The notes below the pieces were generated by a model, which saw nothing but the letters and a program-made list of their open reading frames with translations, was not told the origin of the DNA and made no database searches. Below, piece by piece: positions 1 through 11,491 of a stretch of DNA of 64,000 nucleotides; position 1 is the stretch's first letter, and the number at the start of each line of letters is the position of its first letter. Position numbers and translations under genes: made by a program. The DNA comes from Limnothrix sp. BL-A-16 (GTDB taxonomy: Bacteria; Cyanobacteriota; Cyanobacteriia; CACIAM-69d), in the NCBI GenBank assembly GCA_041937175.2, contig CP166615.1, positions 32,001 through 96,000 on the forward strand, in the 5' to 3' direction.

Positions 1-1369
<1,369 letters not shown>

Positions 1370-1411
1370 TCACAGGTAAAACGGTTGGTTTTGGGGGGCG
1401 GATGGTTGATC

Positions 1412-1439
1412 GTAGGGGCGTACGGCCGTACGCCCCTAC
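1412..1439. repeat. Perfect 28-bp GTAG-headed REP-like palindrome GTAGGGGCGTACGGCCGTACGCCCCTAC
   Basis: Read directly as a perfect inverted repeat; a related half-degenerate copy lies at 2034-2060. Confidence 0.8.
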
Positions 1440-1480
1440 CCGGATGTTTGCGCGCGATCGAACCCTGAATTTCGCTGAAC

Positions 1481-1927
1481 TTAAAAGGTCGATCGCTCCC
1501 AAATCGGGATCAGCTCAGCATCACGGGTGCGGCCATTGCAGTCGGTTTCCTCAAGCTGTTCGATCGGGGGTTGGGCAAACTCGATCGGCGCAGGATCGCT
1601 GGCGGGTAACAGGATGGCGGGACGGTTGCGGCGTTCGCGGGCGGCGGCCTTGGCGGCGAGTTCCAATTCCCGATCGGGGTCAAAGTCCAGCCCCAGCGCT
1701 TCGATCACCCGATCGGGATCGCTGCTGAGATCCACCAACAGCGGCATCAACTCCGTCACTCGTGGTTCCAGCACCGTCGCTGTCGCCAACAAAAAACTCG
1801 ACAGGGGGCGGCGGTGACCCAACTCGCTTTCTGTCCAAATGGCCATGCGGGCCAGCCAGGAGCGGTTATCGCGGTAATAGTCCAGCCACTTTTGACGGAG
1901 CGATCGGCGCAACTGTTCAACGTTCAT
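1481..1927 (-). CDS. Conserved cyanobacterial protein (DUF5331-like) between chlL and chlN
   Basis: MNVEQLRRSLRQKWLDYYRDNRSWL...RRPLSSFLLA...DPDRVIEALGLDFDP matches the family usually found in chlL-X-chlN loci. Confidence 0.75.
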   Translation of the reverse strand: MNVEQLRRSLRQKWLDYYRDNRSWLARMAIWTESELGHRRPLSSFLLATATVLEPRVTELMPLLVDLSSDPDRVIEALGLDFDPDRELELAAKAAARERRNRPAILLPASDPAPIEFAQPPIEQLEETDCNGRTRDAELIPIWERSTF

Positions 1928-2103
1928 AGGGCGGGAGATCGGTGGACTTTGGAGATATCAAACCTCGATCGAGCCTACTCGATCGTCCAACTCTCCTCGC
2001 GCGATCACTGGGGAGTAAGGGTAAGGCCCTGACGGAGGGCGCACCGCTGTGCGCCCCTACATTTCGCCCTGTTTTTGTCGATCGCCTACCCGATCGTCCA
2101 TCG

Positions 2104-2248
2104 TGGGAGCAAGGGGCTTAAGCCCCTTGTCTGGACTCGGATCCAGCCCTTACACCATCATCAATCAACCATCCTCGCGTTCCCCTTGGGAGCAAGGGGC
2201 TTAAGCCCCTTGTCTGGACTTGGGTTCAGCCCTAAACCATCATCAATT
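2104..2248. repeat. ~62-bp direct duplication containing CAAGGGGCTTAAGCCCCTTG and the last codons of chlL
   Basis: Copies at about 2104-2165 and 2187-2248 align nearly base for base. Confidence 0.8.
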
Positions 2249-3092
2249 CGGGTTCGGATTCCGCTGCTTTTGGTTCTTGTGGGTTCAGATAGAAGTCCGA
2301 CAGCATTGAGAACAACTCCCGATCGGGTGATCCATTGGGAACCACGCCCTCCGGCATCGCCAACAGTTGGTCGGCAATGTTCAGGTAATAGTCACAAACC
2401 GGCAGCAACGACGGGTCAGACTCCGCCATCTCAAACAGCGTTTTGCCCTTCACCCGCGAGACGCGAATATCTTCAATCAGCGGCAAAATCTCCAGCACCG
2501 GCATCGGTACCGCACTGACATATTTATCAATCAGATCCCGCTTGGAAGTCCGGTTGCCAATCAAGCCCGCCAGCCGCAGCTTGTGGGTTCGGGCCTTTTC
2601 ACGCACCGAAGCCGCAATCCGATTGGCCGCAAACAGCGCATCAAAGCCGTTGTCCGTGACGATCACGCAGTAGTCCGCGTAGTTCAAGGGAGCCGCAAAG
2701 CCGCCGCAAACCACATCGCCCAGCACGTCGAACAAAATCACATCGTACTCATCAAAGGCGTTCAGCTCCCGCAGCAGCTTCACCGTTTCGCCCACCACGT
2801 AGCCCCCGCAGCCCGCGCCGGCCGGCGGCCCGCCCGCTTCCACGCAATGCACGCCGCCATAGCCCTTGTGGATCACGTCATCGGGCCAAACGTCTTCGTA
2901 GTGATAGCTCTTGGCTTGCAGGGTGTCGATGATCGTGGGGATCAGGTAGCCCGTGAGTGTGAAGGTGCTGTCGTGTTTCGGATCGCAGCCAATTTGCAGC
3001 ACTTTTTTGCCACGACGGGCGAGGGCCACGGAGATGTTGCAACTGGTGGTGGATTTGCCAATGCCACCTTTGCCATAGACAGCGAGTTTCAC
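2232..3092 (-). CDS. chlL: Dark-operative protochlorophyllide reductase iron-sulfur ATP-binding subunit L
   Basis: [16 protein letters not shown]-loop, [15 protein letters not shown] and [11 protein letters not shown] motifs; likely GTG start at 3092. Confidence 0.97.
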   Translation of the reverse strand: MKLAVYGKGGIGKSTTSCNISVALARRGKKVLQIGCDPKHDSTFTLTGYLIPTIIDTLQAKSYHYEDVWPDDVIHKGYGGVHCVEAGGPPAGAGCGGYVVGETVKLLRELNAFDEYDVILFDVLGDVVCGGFAAPLNYADYCVIVTDNGFDALFAANRIAASVREKARTHKLRLAGLIGNRTSKRDLIDKYVSAVPMPVLEILPLIEDIRVSRVKGKTLFEMAESDPSLLPVCDYYLNIADQLLAMPEGVVPNGSPDRELFSMLSDFYLNPQEPKAAESEPELMMV

Positions 3093-4064
3093 GGGGGGAG
3101 TCCTCTGGGGAAATCTGGTTGGAACAGGACTGGAGCAGGAATGCAACGAGGATTTAGCCTCGATCAAGCTCAATCAATCTCGGTCAGTCTCAATCAAGCT
3201 CAGTCAGGCAGGGTCAATCTCGCTTAGTCTTCGCCAATCTCGGTGAGCTGCCCAATTTCTGAACCGGTAGACCGAGCGCGATCGAGCCGAGCGAGATGGC
3301 AAAACTCAAAACCGAAGCATTGAAGCCTGAGCAGAGGGGCCGATCGGGAATGGGATTGATCGGGAATGAAGCCAAGTGGTAGCGGAAATCGGGAATGCAG
3401 AGAAAAAACTGAGTTGGGGGTGGGCAGCCCTGGAGCGATCGCGGTTGGTTGCCCCACCGATGGCATTATCAGCAGATTTTTCCCGAAAGGAAAGCAAGGC
3501 TAATTTTGTCCGGCCGCGCCAGCAGTCTTGAGAATAATTCTGAATTTAAAAATTAGTCTTAAAGCTTTTCAAAATCAAGAAAACGCAGTTTTAAGTCAAA
3601 TTAATCAAATTTAGGGTCTTCTTTATATAAAAATAAAAACAAAACCAAAACATAAATTCCGAGACCAGCCCAATCCTTAATTCAGAGCCTGCTCGACTCC
3701 CCTGTCGATTTGGGGTTGTTCGGATGGGTGCGTGAGGGCGATCGCAACCCAAAACAGCCGGGCGATCGGGAAATTTGGCGCTGTTTGTTAAGAATTCAAT
3801 CAAAGCGGGGAGGGTTGGCAGGAAACCGGGCGACGGGATCGATCAACAACCTCACCCTTGGCAGCGATCCCCGATCGGGAGTTGCGCCCACTCGTCAGGG
3901 AAGCCAGAATCGATCGGCCGCTGGCGAGTGGTTTGTGGCAAATTGGTGGCAGCATCGAGCCGGTTGTGTTACGCCATCTGGTGTTGCCCAATAGTGCAAC
4001 GGCCCAAAACGCTTGCTGTTTTTGAAGTCTCTCCGAGTCCTGTTGTTGCCGAGGGTTGCCCGTT

Positions 4065-4487
4065 ATGTCTTTTGAGGTGTTGTTGATCCTGATCCTGGCG
4101 CTGATTTTTCTGTTGCAGTGGCTTGATGGACTCGATCGCGATCGACGCAAGGCAATTGAAGCGCGCCAAAAGGCTGAAGCGGATCTCCTCAATATGTTGA
4201 TGCTGCGTAAATCCTTGGCAGATTTGTTGAAAAAATTGGCGGCGAACCCTGGCGACATGGGCTTGCAACAGCAGATTTTGGCCTCGATGCGAGTGCAGGA
4301 GGATGCCAAAGGAACCGGCCTGGGTTATGGCTCCCTGTTGGCGCTTTTTGAGGCGAACTCCGGTGATAAAACCCTGCGCAAAACGGTGCTAGAGGCGGGC
4401 CGGATTCACTACGGCAAGATTGCGGGCGGGGTGGCCTCTTTGGACGATGAGCGCCGGGTCATGAACGATATTGCGGTGCGATCGTAG
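4065..4487 (+). CDS. Hypothetical protein with N-terminal membrane anchor
   Basis: ORF from ATG 4065 with a hydrophobic N-terminus followed by a helical region. Confidence 0.65.
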   Translation: MSFEVLLILILALIFLLQWLDGLDRDRRKAIEARQKAEADLLNMLMLRKSLADLLKKLAANPGDMGLQQQILASMRVQEDAKGTGLGYGSLLALFEANSGDKTLRKTVLEAGRIHYGKIAGGVASLDDERRVMNDIAVRS

Positions 4488-4773
4488 GGATAATCGCACG
4501 GGTGCTGAAGGTTGCTCCTCCGGGCGATCGCGGGGTGATTTGTCCCCTTGGAGGTCAAGGCTTTTGGCAGTAATGTTTTTAAAGTTTGTTTTTAGGATTC
4601 GCCCAGCACGCTGCACAGTCTGACTCGAAATTTTCCGGGAATTGGCGCTGGGACCATACTGGAAATGATGCCCGAACGCATTCTTGGAATTGCTTTGGGA
4701 ATCAGCTTTGAAAGTGTTGCTGGGGAAACTGTTTCTTCGATTCGCAAGCCGGGAAACCTGGTCTGAGCTGTTT

Positions 4774-5244
4774 ATGGTTTTGTCAAACCCTGCCCTTAAA
4801 TTGCCCGCTGCGATCGCCCTTGTCTGCGTCTTGACCGGTTGCGCCCAAAGCAAAGTTGCCCAATGCAAACAATTGGTGACCATTGCCAACTTGGCCAACG
4901 AAACGGCCCGGGAAGCCGCCACAGGCAAACCGGAGGCCATGCACCGCGCTGCTGAATCGTTCGATCGAGCTGCCCAGGATTTGGGCAAGTTGCCGCTCAG
5001 TGACACGCAACTAAAAGACCATCGATCGCGCTTGGCGGATATCTACACCGACACCAGCCGCAGCACCCGTGAATTTTTGACCGCCATTCAGCAAAAGGAT
5101 CGCAACCTGGCTGAAATTGCAGTGCAATCGCTGGAGCAGTCCGCCAACAATGAACGCAACCTGATCCAAACCATTAATCAAACCTGTCAGGTGGCTGAAT
5201 CTGCCGCCAGCAACCCGACCCAGCCAAATCCCCCAGCGCCGTGA
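4774..5244 (+). CDS. Hypothetical lipoprotein
   Basis: Signal-like segment ending in a VLTGC lipobox; helical body and Pro-rich tail. Confidence 0.7.
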   Translation: MVLSNPALKLPAAIALVCVLTGCAQSKVAQCKQLVTIANLANETAREAATGKPEAMHRAAESFDRAAQDLGKLPLSDTQLKDHRSRLADIYTDTSRSTREFLTAIQQKDRNLAEIAVQSLEQSANNERNLIQTINQTCQVAESAASNPTQPNPPAP

Positions 5245-5366
5245 GATCCGGTCACCGCTGATTACTTTCACCGCTGATTACTACTGATTACCGCTCAGAC
5301 GACCCACAGAGCGCGGGTTTCTAGAGGTTGATCGCGAGACGGATGGCCCCGCGATCAACCCTTGGA

Positions 5367-7628
5367 TTAAAACCAGTCGTCCTCATCGTCCCAATTGTCG
5401 TTGTAGGTCGATCGCCGATCGCGCGGTTGGCTGCTGCCGCCAATGTTGTTGTTGCGGGCTTCCCGTCGATCGCTCGATCGCCCTGACCCATCCTGGGGGG
5501 CGGGCCGACTGGGGCGATCGCTGGGGCCGCCGTAACCGCCGCCATAGCCCAAGTCGTAGGGATCGCGCGGTGCGGGTGCGGGGCGGCTGGGTTCCCGGCG
5601 GCGATCGCCCTGGCCGTTCGGTTCATTCCAACCCCGATCGCCGCGGCCTAAGTCACCGCCTCGGCCATAGTCATTGCGGCCATAGTCGTTACGACCGTAA
5701 TCATTGCGCCCGTAGTCCCGATCGAAGCGATCGCCCCCACCCAGCACCGCATCGCGCCCATCCTGGAAGGTGCGCCGAATTGAGCCGAAGAAGTTGTCGT
5801 CATCTTCTTCCGCATAGCGATCGCGCACATCCCGATTTAGGTTGTAGATCGCGTCTTGCAAATCGGCCTGGGTGCGATCGATCTCGATGTCGTCGCTGGC
5901 GGCGATCGCCTCGCGCAGGGCCTTGACGGATTTTTCGATCGCCCGGCGGTGAATCTCCACAAACTGCATCCCAAAATCAAGGGTCGCCTCCCGCAGTTGC
6001 CGTTCCGCTTGGAAAGTGAGGGCTTCGGCGCGGTTGCGTTTGTCCACCCGATCGCGCTGCGATCGATCCTGGTCGGCGAATTGTTGGGCCTCCTCGATCG
6101 CCTTGCGCACCTCCGACTCATTCAGGGTCGAAGCATCTTGAATAATCACGCTTTGCTCGCGGCCCGTGGTCATATCCAGCGCCGTCACCTGCAAAATGCC
6201 GTTCGCGTCGATGTCAAAAGCAACGCGCACTTGGGGCACACCACGCGGCGCAGGCGGCAACCCCTTGAGAATAAATTTCCCGAGGGATTTGTTGTTGGCG
6301 GCCATTTCCCGCTCCCCTTGCAGGATATGGATTTCCACCTGGGTTTGGTTATTTTCGCTGGTGGAAAACATGTCCGATCGCCGCACGGGAATCGTGGTGT
6401 TGCGCGGAATCAGCTTTTTCATCACGCCGCCGGAGGTTTCCAAACCCAAGGACAGGGGCGTAACGTCCAGCAGCAAAATGTCTTTCACCTCGCCGCCCAG
6501 AATGCCCGCCTGGATCGCCGCGCCCACGGCCACCACCTCATCGGGGTTGACGTTTTGGCTGGGTTCCTTGCCCACCAGCGATCGCACCACGTCCTGCACG
6601 AAAGGAATCCGCGTGGAGCCGCCCACCAGCACCACTTCATCAATTTGCGAGGGCCGCAAGCCCGCATCCATAAAGGCCCGCTTCAGGGGCGCGCGAATCC
6701 GTTCGATCAAATCGGTGCAGAGACCTTCAAACTGCGATCGGGTTAGGCGCGTTTCCAAATGCTTCGGCCCATCCTCCGTGGCGGTGATGAAGGGCAAATT
6801 AATTTCCGTCGCGCCCACGCCGGACAGCTCGATCTTGGCCTTTTCCGCCGCTTCCGTCAGCCGTTGCAGGGATTGGCGATCGCGCCGCAGATCCAGCCCC
6901 TCGGTTTCTAGGAATTGCTCCGCCAGCCAATCCACAATTTTGCGATCAAAGTCATTGCCGCCCAACTGCGTGTCGCCGCTGGTGGCCTTCACTTCAAACA
7001 CCCCATCGCCCACCTCCAGCAGGGACACATCAAACGTGCCGCCTCCGAGGTCAAACACCAACACCGTTTGGCTGCTAGCGCGATCGAGACCGTAGGCCAG
7101 AGCCGCCGCCGTCGGTTCATTAATAATCCGCTTCACATCCAGCCCGGCAATCCGTCCCGCGTCCCGCGTGGCCTGCCGTTGGGAATCGTTGAAATAGGCC
7201 GGAACCGTAATCACCGCGCCGGTCACGGGCTGGCCCAAATAGCGCTCGGCTTCATCGGCCAGCTTCCGCAAAATCATCGCCGACAGTTCTTCCGCCGGAA
7301 AGTCGCGCTGCAACTTGGGACACACCACGCGCACATTGCCCTCCTCATTGCGCCGAATCGTGTAGGGCACGCGCTTTGAGGACGGCGACAGCTCATCGTA
7401 TTTGCGGCCAATAAACCGCTTCAGACCATAAAAGGTGTTTTGTGGATTCAACACCGTTTGGCGGCGAGCCAACTGCCCCACCACCTTTTCGCCATCTTTG
7501 TTGAACCCAACGACGGATGGGGTGGTTCTCATCCCTTCGGCATTGGCAATAACGACGGGTTTCCCGCCTTCCATGACGGCCACGACGGAGTTGGTCGTAC
7601 CGAGATCGATGCCAACGACTTTTCCCAT
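5367..7628 (-). CDS. dnaK: Hsp70 chaperone DnaK (cyanobacterial DnaK3-like, long low-complexity tail ending DDEDDWF)
   Basis: [33 protein letters not shown] and [11 protein letters not shown] motifs. Confidence 0.97.
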   Translation of the reverse strand: MGKVVGIDLGTTNSVVAVMEGGKPVVIANAEGMRTTPSVVGFNKDGEKVVGQLARRQTVLNPQNTFYGLKRFIGRKYDELSPSSKRVPYTIRRNEEGNVRVVCPKLQRDFPAEELSAMILRKLADEAERYLGQPVTGAVITVPAYFNDSQRQATRDAGRIAGLDVKRIINEPTAAALAYGLDRASSQTVLVFDLGGGTFDVSLLEVGDGVFEVKATSGDTQLGGNDFDRKIVDWLAEQFLETEGLDLRRDRQSLQRLTEAAEKAKIELSGVGATEINLPFITATEDGPKHLETRLTRSQFEGLCTDLIERIRAPLKRAFMDAGLRPSQIDEVVLVGGSTRIPFVQDVVRSLVGKEPSQNVNPDEVVAVGAAIQAGILGGEVKDILLLDVTPLSLGLETSGGVMKKLIPRNTTIPVRRSDMFSTSENNQTQVEIHILQGEREMAANNKSLGKFILKGLPPAPRGVPQVRVAFDIDANGILQVTALDMTTGREQSVIIQDASTLNESEVRKAIEEAQQFADQDRSQRDRVDKRNRAEALTFQAERQLREATLDFGMQFVEIHRRAIEKSVKALREAIAASDDIEIDRTQADLQDAIYNLNRDVRDRYAEEDDDNFFGSIRRTFQDGRDAVLGGGDRFDRDYGRNDYGRNDYGRNDYGRGGDLGRGDRGWNEPNGQGDRRREPSRPAPAPRDPYDLGYGGGYGGPSDRPSRPAPQDGSGRSSDRREARNNNIGGSSQPRDRRSTYNDNWDDEDDWF

Positions 7629-7965
7629 TGCTTGGTTGTTTGTCTCTTGTTGCGGCTGCGAGGGGCTGAGGGCGATCGGGAAGGCCGTTCAGCCGAGTTG
7701 GATGGTCTGGCCAGTAGCGGGGTGGTGCATCGGCCAGCGCTTGGGGCAAGGGGCTTAAGCCCCTTGTCTGACGTGGCGGGGCCAGACTTTGGGTGGACAG
7801 ATTCAGCGCCCGATCGCGCGTTAAGAATCTTGTCGGCTTCATTCTATCCTGTGGCTTCCCATCCACCGAACCGAGAGGCGATCGAAACCGGGGTCAGTCT
7901 TGGTCAAAATCCTTTGCCAGAATGGAGACTGTTAGGCCGCAACCGATCGCCAGGAGCGCCGCCCC

Positions 7966-8652
7966 ATGCTGCCATCCTTCCTAGAATCATTGCCCAACGC
8001 TGACGAACTCCCCGATTCTTGCGATATTCCCGTGGATAACGAAGAACAAAATTTTATTCCCAACGTCCTCTTGTTCCTGCTGGAATACATTTGGAAGCAC
8101 CGGGAAGACTGGTTTTTTGCGGTTGATATGGGGGTTTACCACGCCACGGGGCCTCATCCGAAAGTGCCGGTGATTCCCGATGGCTTTTTGAGCCTGGGGG
8201 TCGATCGCCGCAAGAATGGTAAACCGCGCCGCAGCTACATCACCTGGACGGAAAACAACATTCCACCGATTTTGGCCCTGGAGGTGGTTTCCTACACACC
8301 GGGTGAAGAGTATGACGAAAAAATGGCAATTTACGCCCGACTGGGGGTGTTGTATTACGTGATCTACAATCCCGAATTTTGGCGGCGGGATGGTCACTTG
8401 CCCTTAGAGGTTTACAAGCTAGTGGAGGGAACCTATCAACTTCAGGTGGGTGAACCCTGCTGGATGCCGGAAATTGGCTTGGGAATCGGGCGCGATCGCC
8501 TCATCGATGACCCATTCGATCGCGAAGTGCTCACCTGGTACGACGCGCAGGGACAACGCTATCGTAGCGAGGCCGAGGTAGAGCGCGATCGAGCCGATCG
8601 CTTGGCCGCGCGGTTGCGGGAGTTGGGGATTGATCCAGAGGCGATCGAGTAG
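7966..8652 (+). CDS. Uma2 family (DUF820) putative restriction endonuclease, copy 1
   Basis: DNEEQ..., VIPDGFLSLGV, LALEVVS...EYDEKMAIYARLGVLYYVIYNP and the C-terminal RLRELGIDPE tail. Confidence 0.9.
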   Translation: MLPSFLESLPNADELPDSCDIPVDNEEQNFIPNVLLFLLEYIWKHREDWFFAVDMGVYHATGPHPKVPVIPDGFLSLGVDRRKNGKPRRSYITWTENNIPPILALEVVSYTPGEEYDEKMAIYARLGVLYYVIYNPEFWRRDGHLPLEVYKLVEGTYQLQVGEPCWMPEIGLGIGRDRLIDDPFDREVLTWYDAQGQRYRSEAEVERDRADRLAARLRELGIDPEAIE

Positions 8653-8693
8653 GTCATTGCTCGTTCTAGTGGGGAACGGCTCATGATTTGGGG

Positions 8694-9299
8694 TTAAAGC
8701 GTTGAGCGGCTGGCGCGATCGCATTGCTGCAAGAGGTGGTGCAACGCGCCCAATAATTCAGCCGGGTTGCGATTGGAATATAGGCCGGTTTCATAGACCT
8801 GGCCCGACCGATCGAGCCGATAAAACCGCCACCCATCGCCGTTGGTGACAATTCCCAACACCTCAATGGGGCGATCGCCGTTGCAATCTTGGCAGGCTTT
8901 CATTTCCACTAAGCATTGGGCTAATCCTTGCTCAAAGTCATCTTTTTTGGCTTCGACAATACACAGGAAGGGAGCCGCCACATAGTCTCGGCGCTCTGTA
9001 ATTAAGTAATCGACATTGCCGGTGACTTGTGCGGTTTCTAGCTTGACTCCTTTCCAGATTTTGAGATGTGCTAGGTCGGTGATTGCTTCTTCGCAAAAGG
9101 CATCAATCACCAGTTCTTTCGATTTTTCGCAGTAGCGCAGGTCAAAGTGCGCTTGGAGGCGGCGCAGGCGTTCCTGAAAGAAGGGGCTAGGCGATCGGGG
9201 TTGGCTTTCCAGTTCCCACAATTTCAGTTCGGTTAGGTTGAGATATTGATAAGCTTCTGCCAGGGCAAAGCTGGAGAAATTTTTGCGTTTTTTGATCAT
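8694..9299 (-). CDS. PD-(D/E)XK nuclease-like protein (HsdR-N-like fold)
   Basis: VDYL...CIVEAKK...GLAQC...GIVTNG..WRF motif pattern; ATG at 9299. Confidence 0.7.
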   Translation of the reverse strand: MIKKRKNFSSFALAEAYQYLNLTELKLWELESQPRSPSPFFQERLRRLQAHFDLRYCEKSKELVIDAFCEEAITDLAHLKIWKGVKLETAQVTGNVDYLITERRDYVAAPFLCIVEAKKDDFEQGLAQCLVEMKACQDCNGDRPIEVLGIVTNGDGWRFYRLDRSGQVYETGLYSNRNPAELLGALHHLLQQCDRASRSTL

Positions 9300-9348
9300 T
9301 GACCAAAATCTCTGAATTCCAGAAGTCCTTACCATTATCAATCATCCC

Positions 9349-9526
9349 GTAGGGTGCATGGGAGCAATCTCGAATTGTTATGAAATGTGCGGCTTCGTCT
9401 CCCATGCACCGTGGGTTGGGGCAACACAACCGATCGAAAATTATCGGTTTGTTGCGGTGGATTGCGGTGCATGGGAGATGAATGGAAATTGTCATTGCCT
9501 CCCATGCGTTCTCCCATGCGCCCTAC
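9349..9526. repeat. GTAG-headed REP-doublet/REPIN-like element
   Basis: Ends GTAGGGTGCATGGGAG and CTCCCATGCGCCCTAC are inverted; an internal inverted pair CTCCCATGCACC / GGTGCATGGGAG is also present. Confidence 0.7.
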
Positions 9527-9612
9527 CCGTGAAAAAAAATTGACCGCGCAGAGCGTGGGGTAAAGCAGAAGGGAAAAGAGGGAAAGAAGCGTAAAAGGGA
9601 AAAGAGTCCTGG

Positions 9613-11448
9613 CTAGGGCAAAGCGACAACCCGAAACCCAACGTGGCCGTAGATAACGTCGCGATTGACAGCCCACCACCCATAGCGATGCGCAGAGCGG
9701 CAGCCCAACGGAAAGTAGCTCCAAGAACCACCACGCAGGAGTTTGATTTGTTTATTGTCAAGATCAGTCAAATTCTGGAAAGCTCCATTGTCTATTTGTC
9801 CGCTTTCTCGAAATTGACTTATAAATAGTTGTTCATGTTTTAAATTGTCAAACCAAGGATGACCATTAACCGGTGCATTTTGATAGGTATTATGCCAATC
9901 ATCCAGACACCATTCCCACACATTCCCGTGCATCTCCTGCAAGCCAAAATCATTGGACGGGAAGCGACCAACCGGCGTGGTTCCAACACCGAAGGCTTGG
10001 CCATAGTGCGCTAAATCGTGGCTCAGGTTATTACCAAAATGAAACCGAGTCGTTGTGCCAGCGCGGCAAGCATATTCCCATTCGGCCTCGCTGGGCAGTC
10101 GGTAGCGTCGTCCCGTTCGCTGCCAGAGCCGCGCACAGAACTCCATCGCTTCAAACCAGTTCACCTGCTCCACCGGTCGATCATCGCCCTTGAAATAAGC
10201 AGGGTCAGGCTCAAGATCTCGGCAAACCTTGGGCCAGGCTGCCACGGCCCGCCACTGAGCCTGCGTGACAGGAAAGCGCCCCATATCAAACGCTGGCATA
10301 TCCACCCAATGTTGCGGCCGTTCATCTGGACTGGAACTCTCCTCCGACTCGGGCGATCCCATCAGAAACCGCCCTGCCGGAATCGGCAACAGTTCCAACA
10401 GTACCCCGCCGCCCAAATCCTCCACGATCGTCTGGGGCTTTGCTGGCTCCCTGTTCACCGGCTCCCCATGCTCAACAACTGGCTCAACCCGCTTCGGACT
10501 AGCAGGCACAACAACCGGCGACGGCGAGGCGTTGTGTTGTTTGCTCCGAAGTCGGAATAACGCCTCAAAACACTGGCGGCCCAACTTCCCCGCCGAGGCA
10601 ATATTGATCCGAATCCAGAGCTGTTCCGCGAGCTGCAAATCGCCCTCAAGTTCCGCCTGAAAAGCATCCGCCCGTAACTCTGCCCAGTCTCCCGGCTCCG
10701 ATTGGTGCGGAAACAAAATCAGGTGCGACTTGCGGATCGGCTCCACCACCGTATGCGGCGTTTGCCGCCGATCGCGCCCCACCAACTGCGGCACGCGATC
10801 GACCAAATAGCGATCCAAACTCGCCACCGTCGCATAGCCCCGCTGACTGCGAAACGCCTCCAACAGCGCATGGGTAAACGCCCCATGCTGCAATTCTTCT
10901 AGCTCATAGGACGACTCATAGCGACTGCAAGAAGCAATACTCACCACCCCCTTGAGCCGGCCCTGGTTCGCCGTGTCTTCGCCAACGCCCGCCACCCCCT
11001 TGGCCCCAGTCGATCGCCCCTCATCCCGACAGGCATCCAACAACAGCACCACATTGTCCGCACCGCACCGCCGCAACTGCTCCACCACGTAGGACACGCG
11101 GATCCCCGTTTCGGCCACGCTCATCGGCGAAGCTTCCATGGGCATCAGATAATCGCGCCCTTCCGCGTCCAACATTCCGTGGCCACTGAAGAAAAACCAA
11201 AAGTTGTCGCCCGCCGTCAGCTTGCGGTTGGCGGCAATTTGGCCCAGCAGTTCAATCACATTGGCCCGGGTCGGTTGCCGCAACCGATCGCCCTGCTGAG
11301 AGTCAAACAACCGCACAAATTCAAAGCCGATCGACTGCCAAAACGCCGCCATTTCCTGGGCATCGCGCTCGGCATATTTCAACGGCGGTAAGCGATCGTA
11401 TTGGTTCACCCCGATCGCGATCGCCCAGTTCCGCCCTTCAGCGCTCAT
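9613..11448 (-). CDS. Caspase-like peptidase C14 fused to an FGE-sulfatase (SUMF1-type C-type lectin fold) domain
   Basis: N-terminal AIAIGVNQY, FSGHG (catalytic His) and LDACR (catalytic Cys); C-terminal FLMGS, YRLPSEAEWEYACRAG, MHGNVWEWC, RGGSW and GFRVV. Confidence 0.93.
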   Translation of the reverse strand: MSAEGRNWAIAIGVNQYDRLPPLKYAERDAQEMAAFWQSIGFEFVRLFDSQQGDRLRQPTRANVIELLGQIAANRKLTAGDNFWFFFSGHGMLDAEGRDYLMPMEASPMSVAETGIRVSYVVEQLRRCGADNVVLLLDACRDEGRSTGAKGVAGVGEDTANQGRLKGVVSIASCSRYESSYELEELQHGAFTHALLEAFRSQRGYATVASLDRYLVDRVPQLVGRDRRQTPHTVVEPIRKSHLILFPHQSEPGDWAELRADAFQAELEGDLQLAEQLWIRINIASAGKLGRQCFEALFRLRSKQHNASPSPVVVPASPKRVEPVVEHGEPVNREPAKPQTIVEDLGGGVLLELLPIPAGRFLMGSPESEESSSPDERPQHWVDMPAFDMGRFPVTQAQWRAVAAWPKVCRDLEPDPAYFKGDDRPVEQVNWFEAMEFCARLWQRTGRRYRLPSEAEWEYACRAGTTTRFHFGNNLSHDLAHYGQAFGVGTTPVGRFPSNDFGLQEMHGNVWEWCLDDWHNTYQNAPVNGHPWFDNLKHEQLFISQFRESGQIDNGAFQNLTDLDNKQIKLLRGGSWSYFPLGCRSAHRYGWWAVNRDVIYGHVGFRVVALP

Positions 11449-11491
11449 GTATCCCAGGTTTGGTCATTGCTTTCACGCCACCATAACGGGT

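Noticed and set aside
2075..2518. ORFs containing KGLKPL / RGLSPLS peptides (also near 7393, 19899, 26009, 37081, 57239)
   Set aside because: The shared peptide is just the translation of the 20-bp palindrome or MITE, not a protein family.
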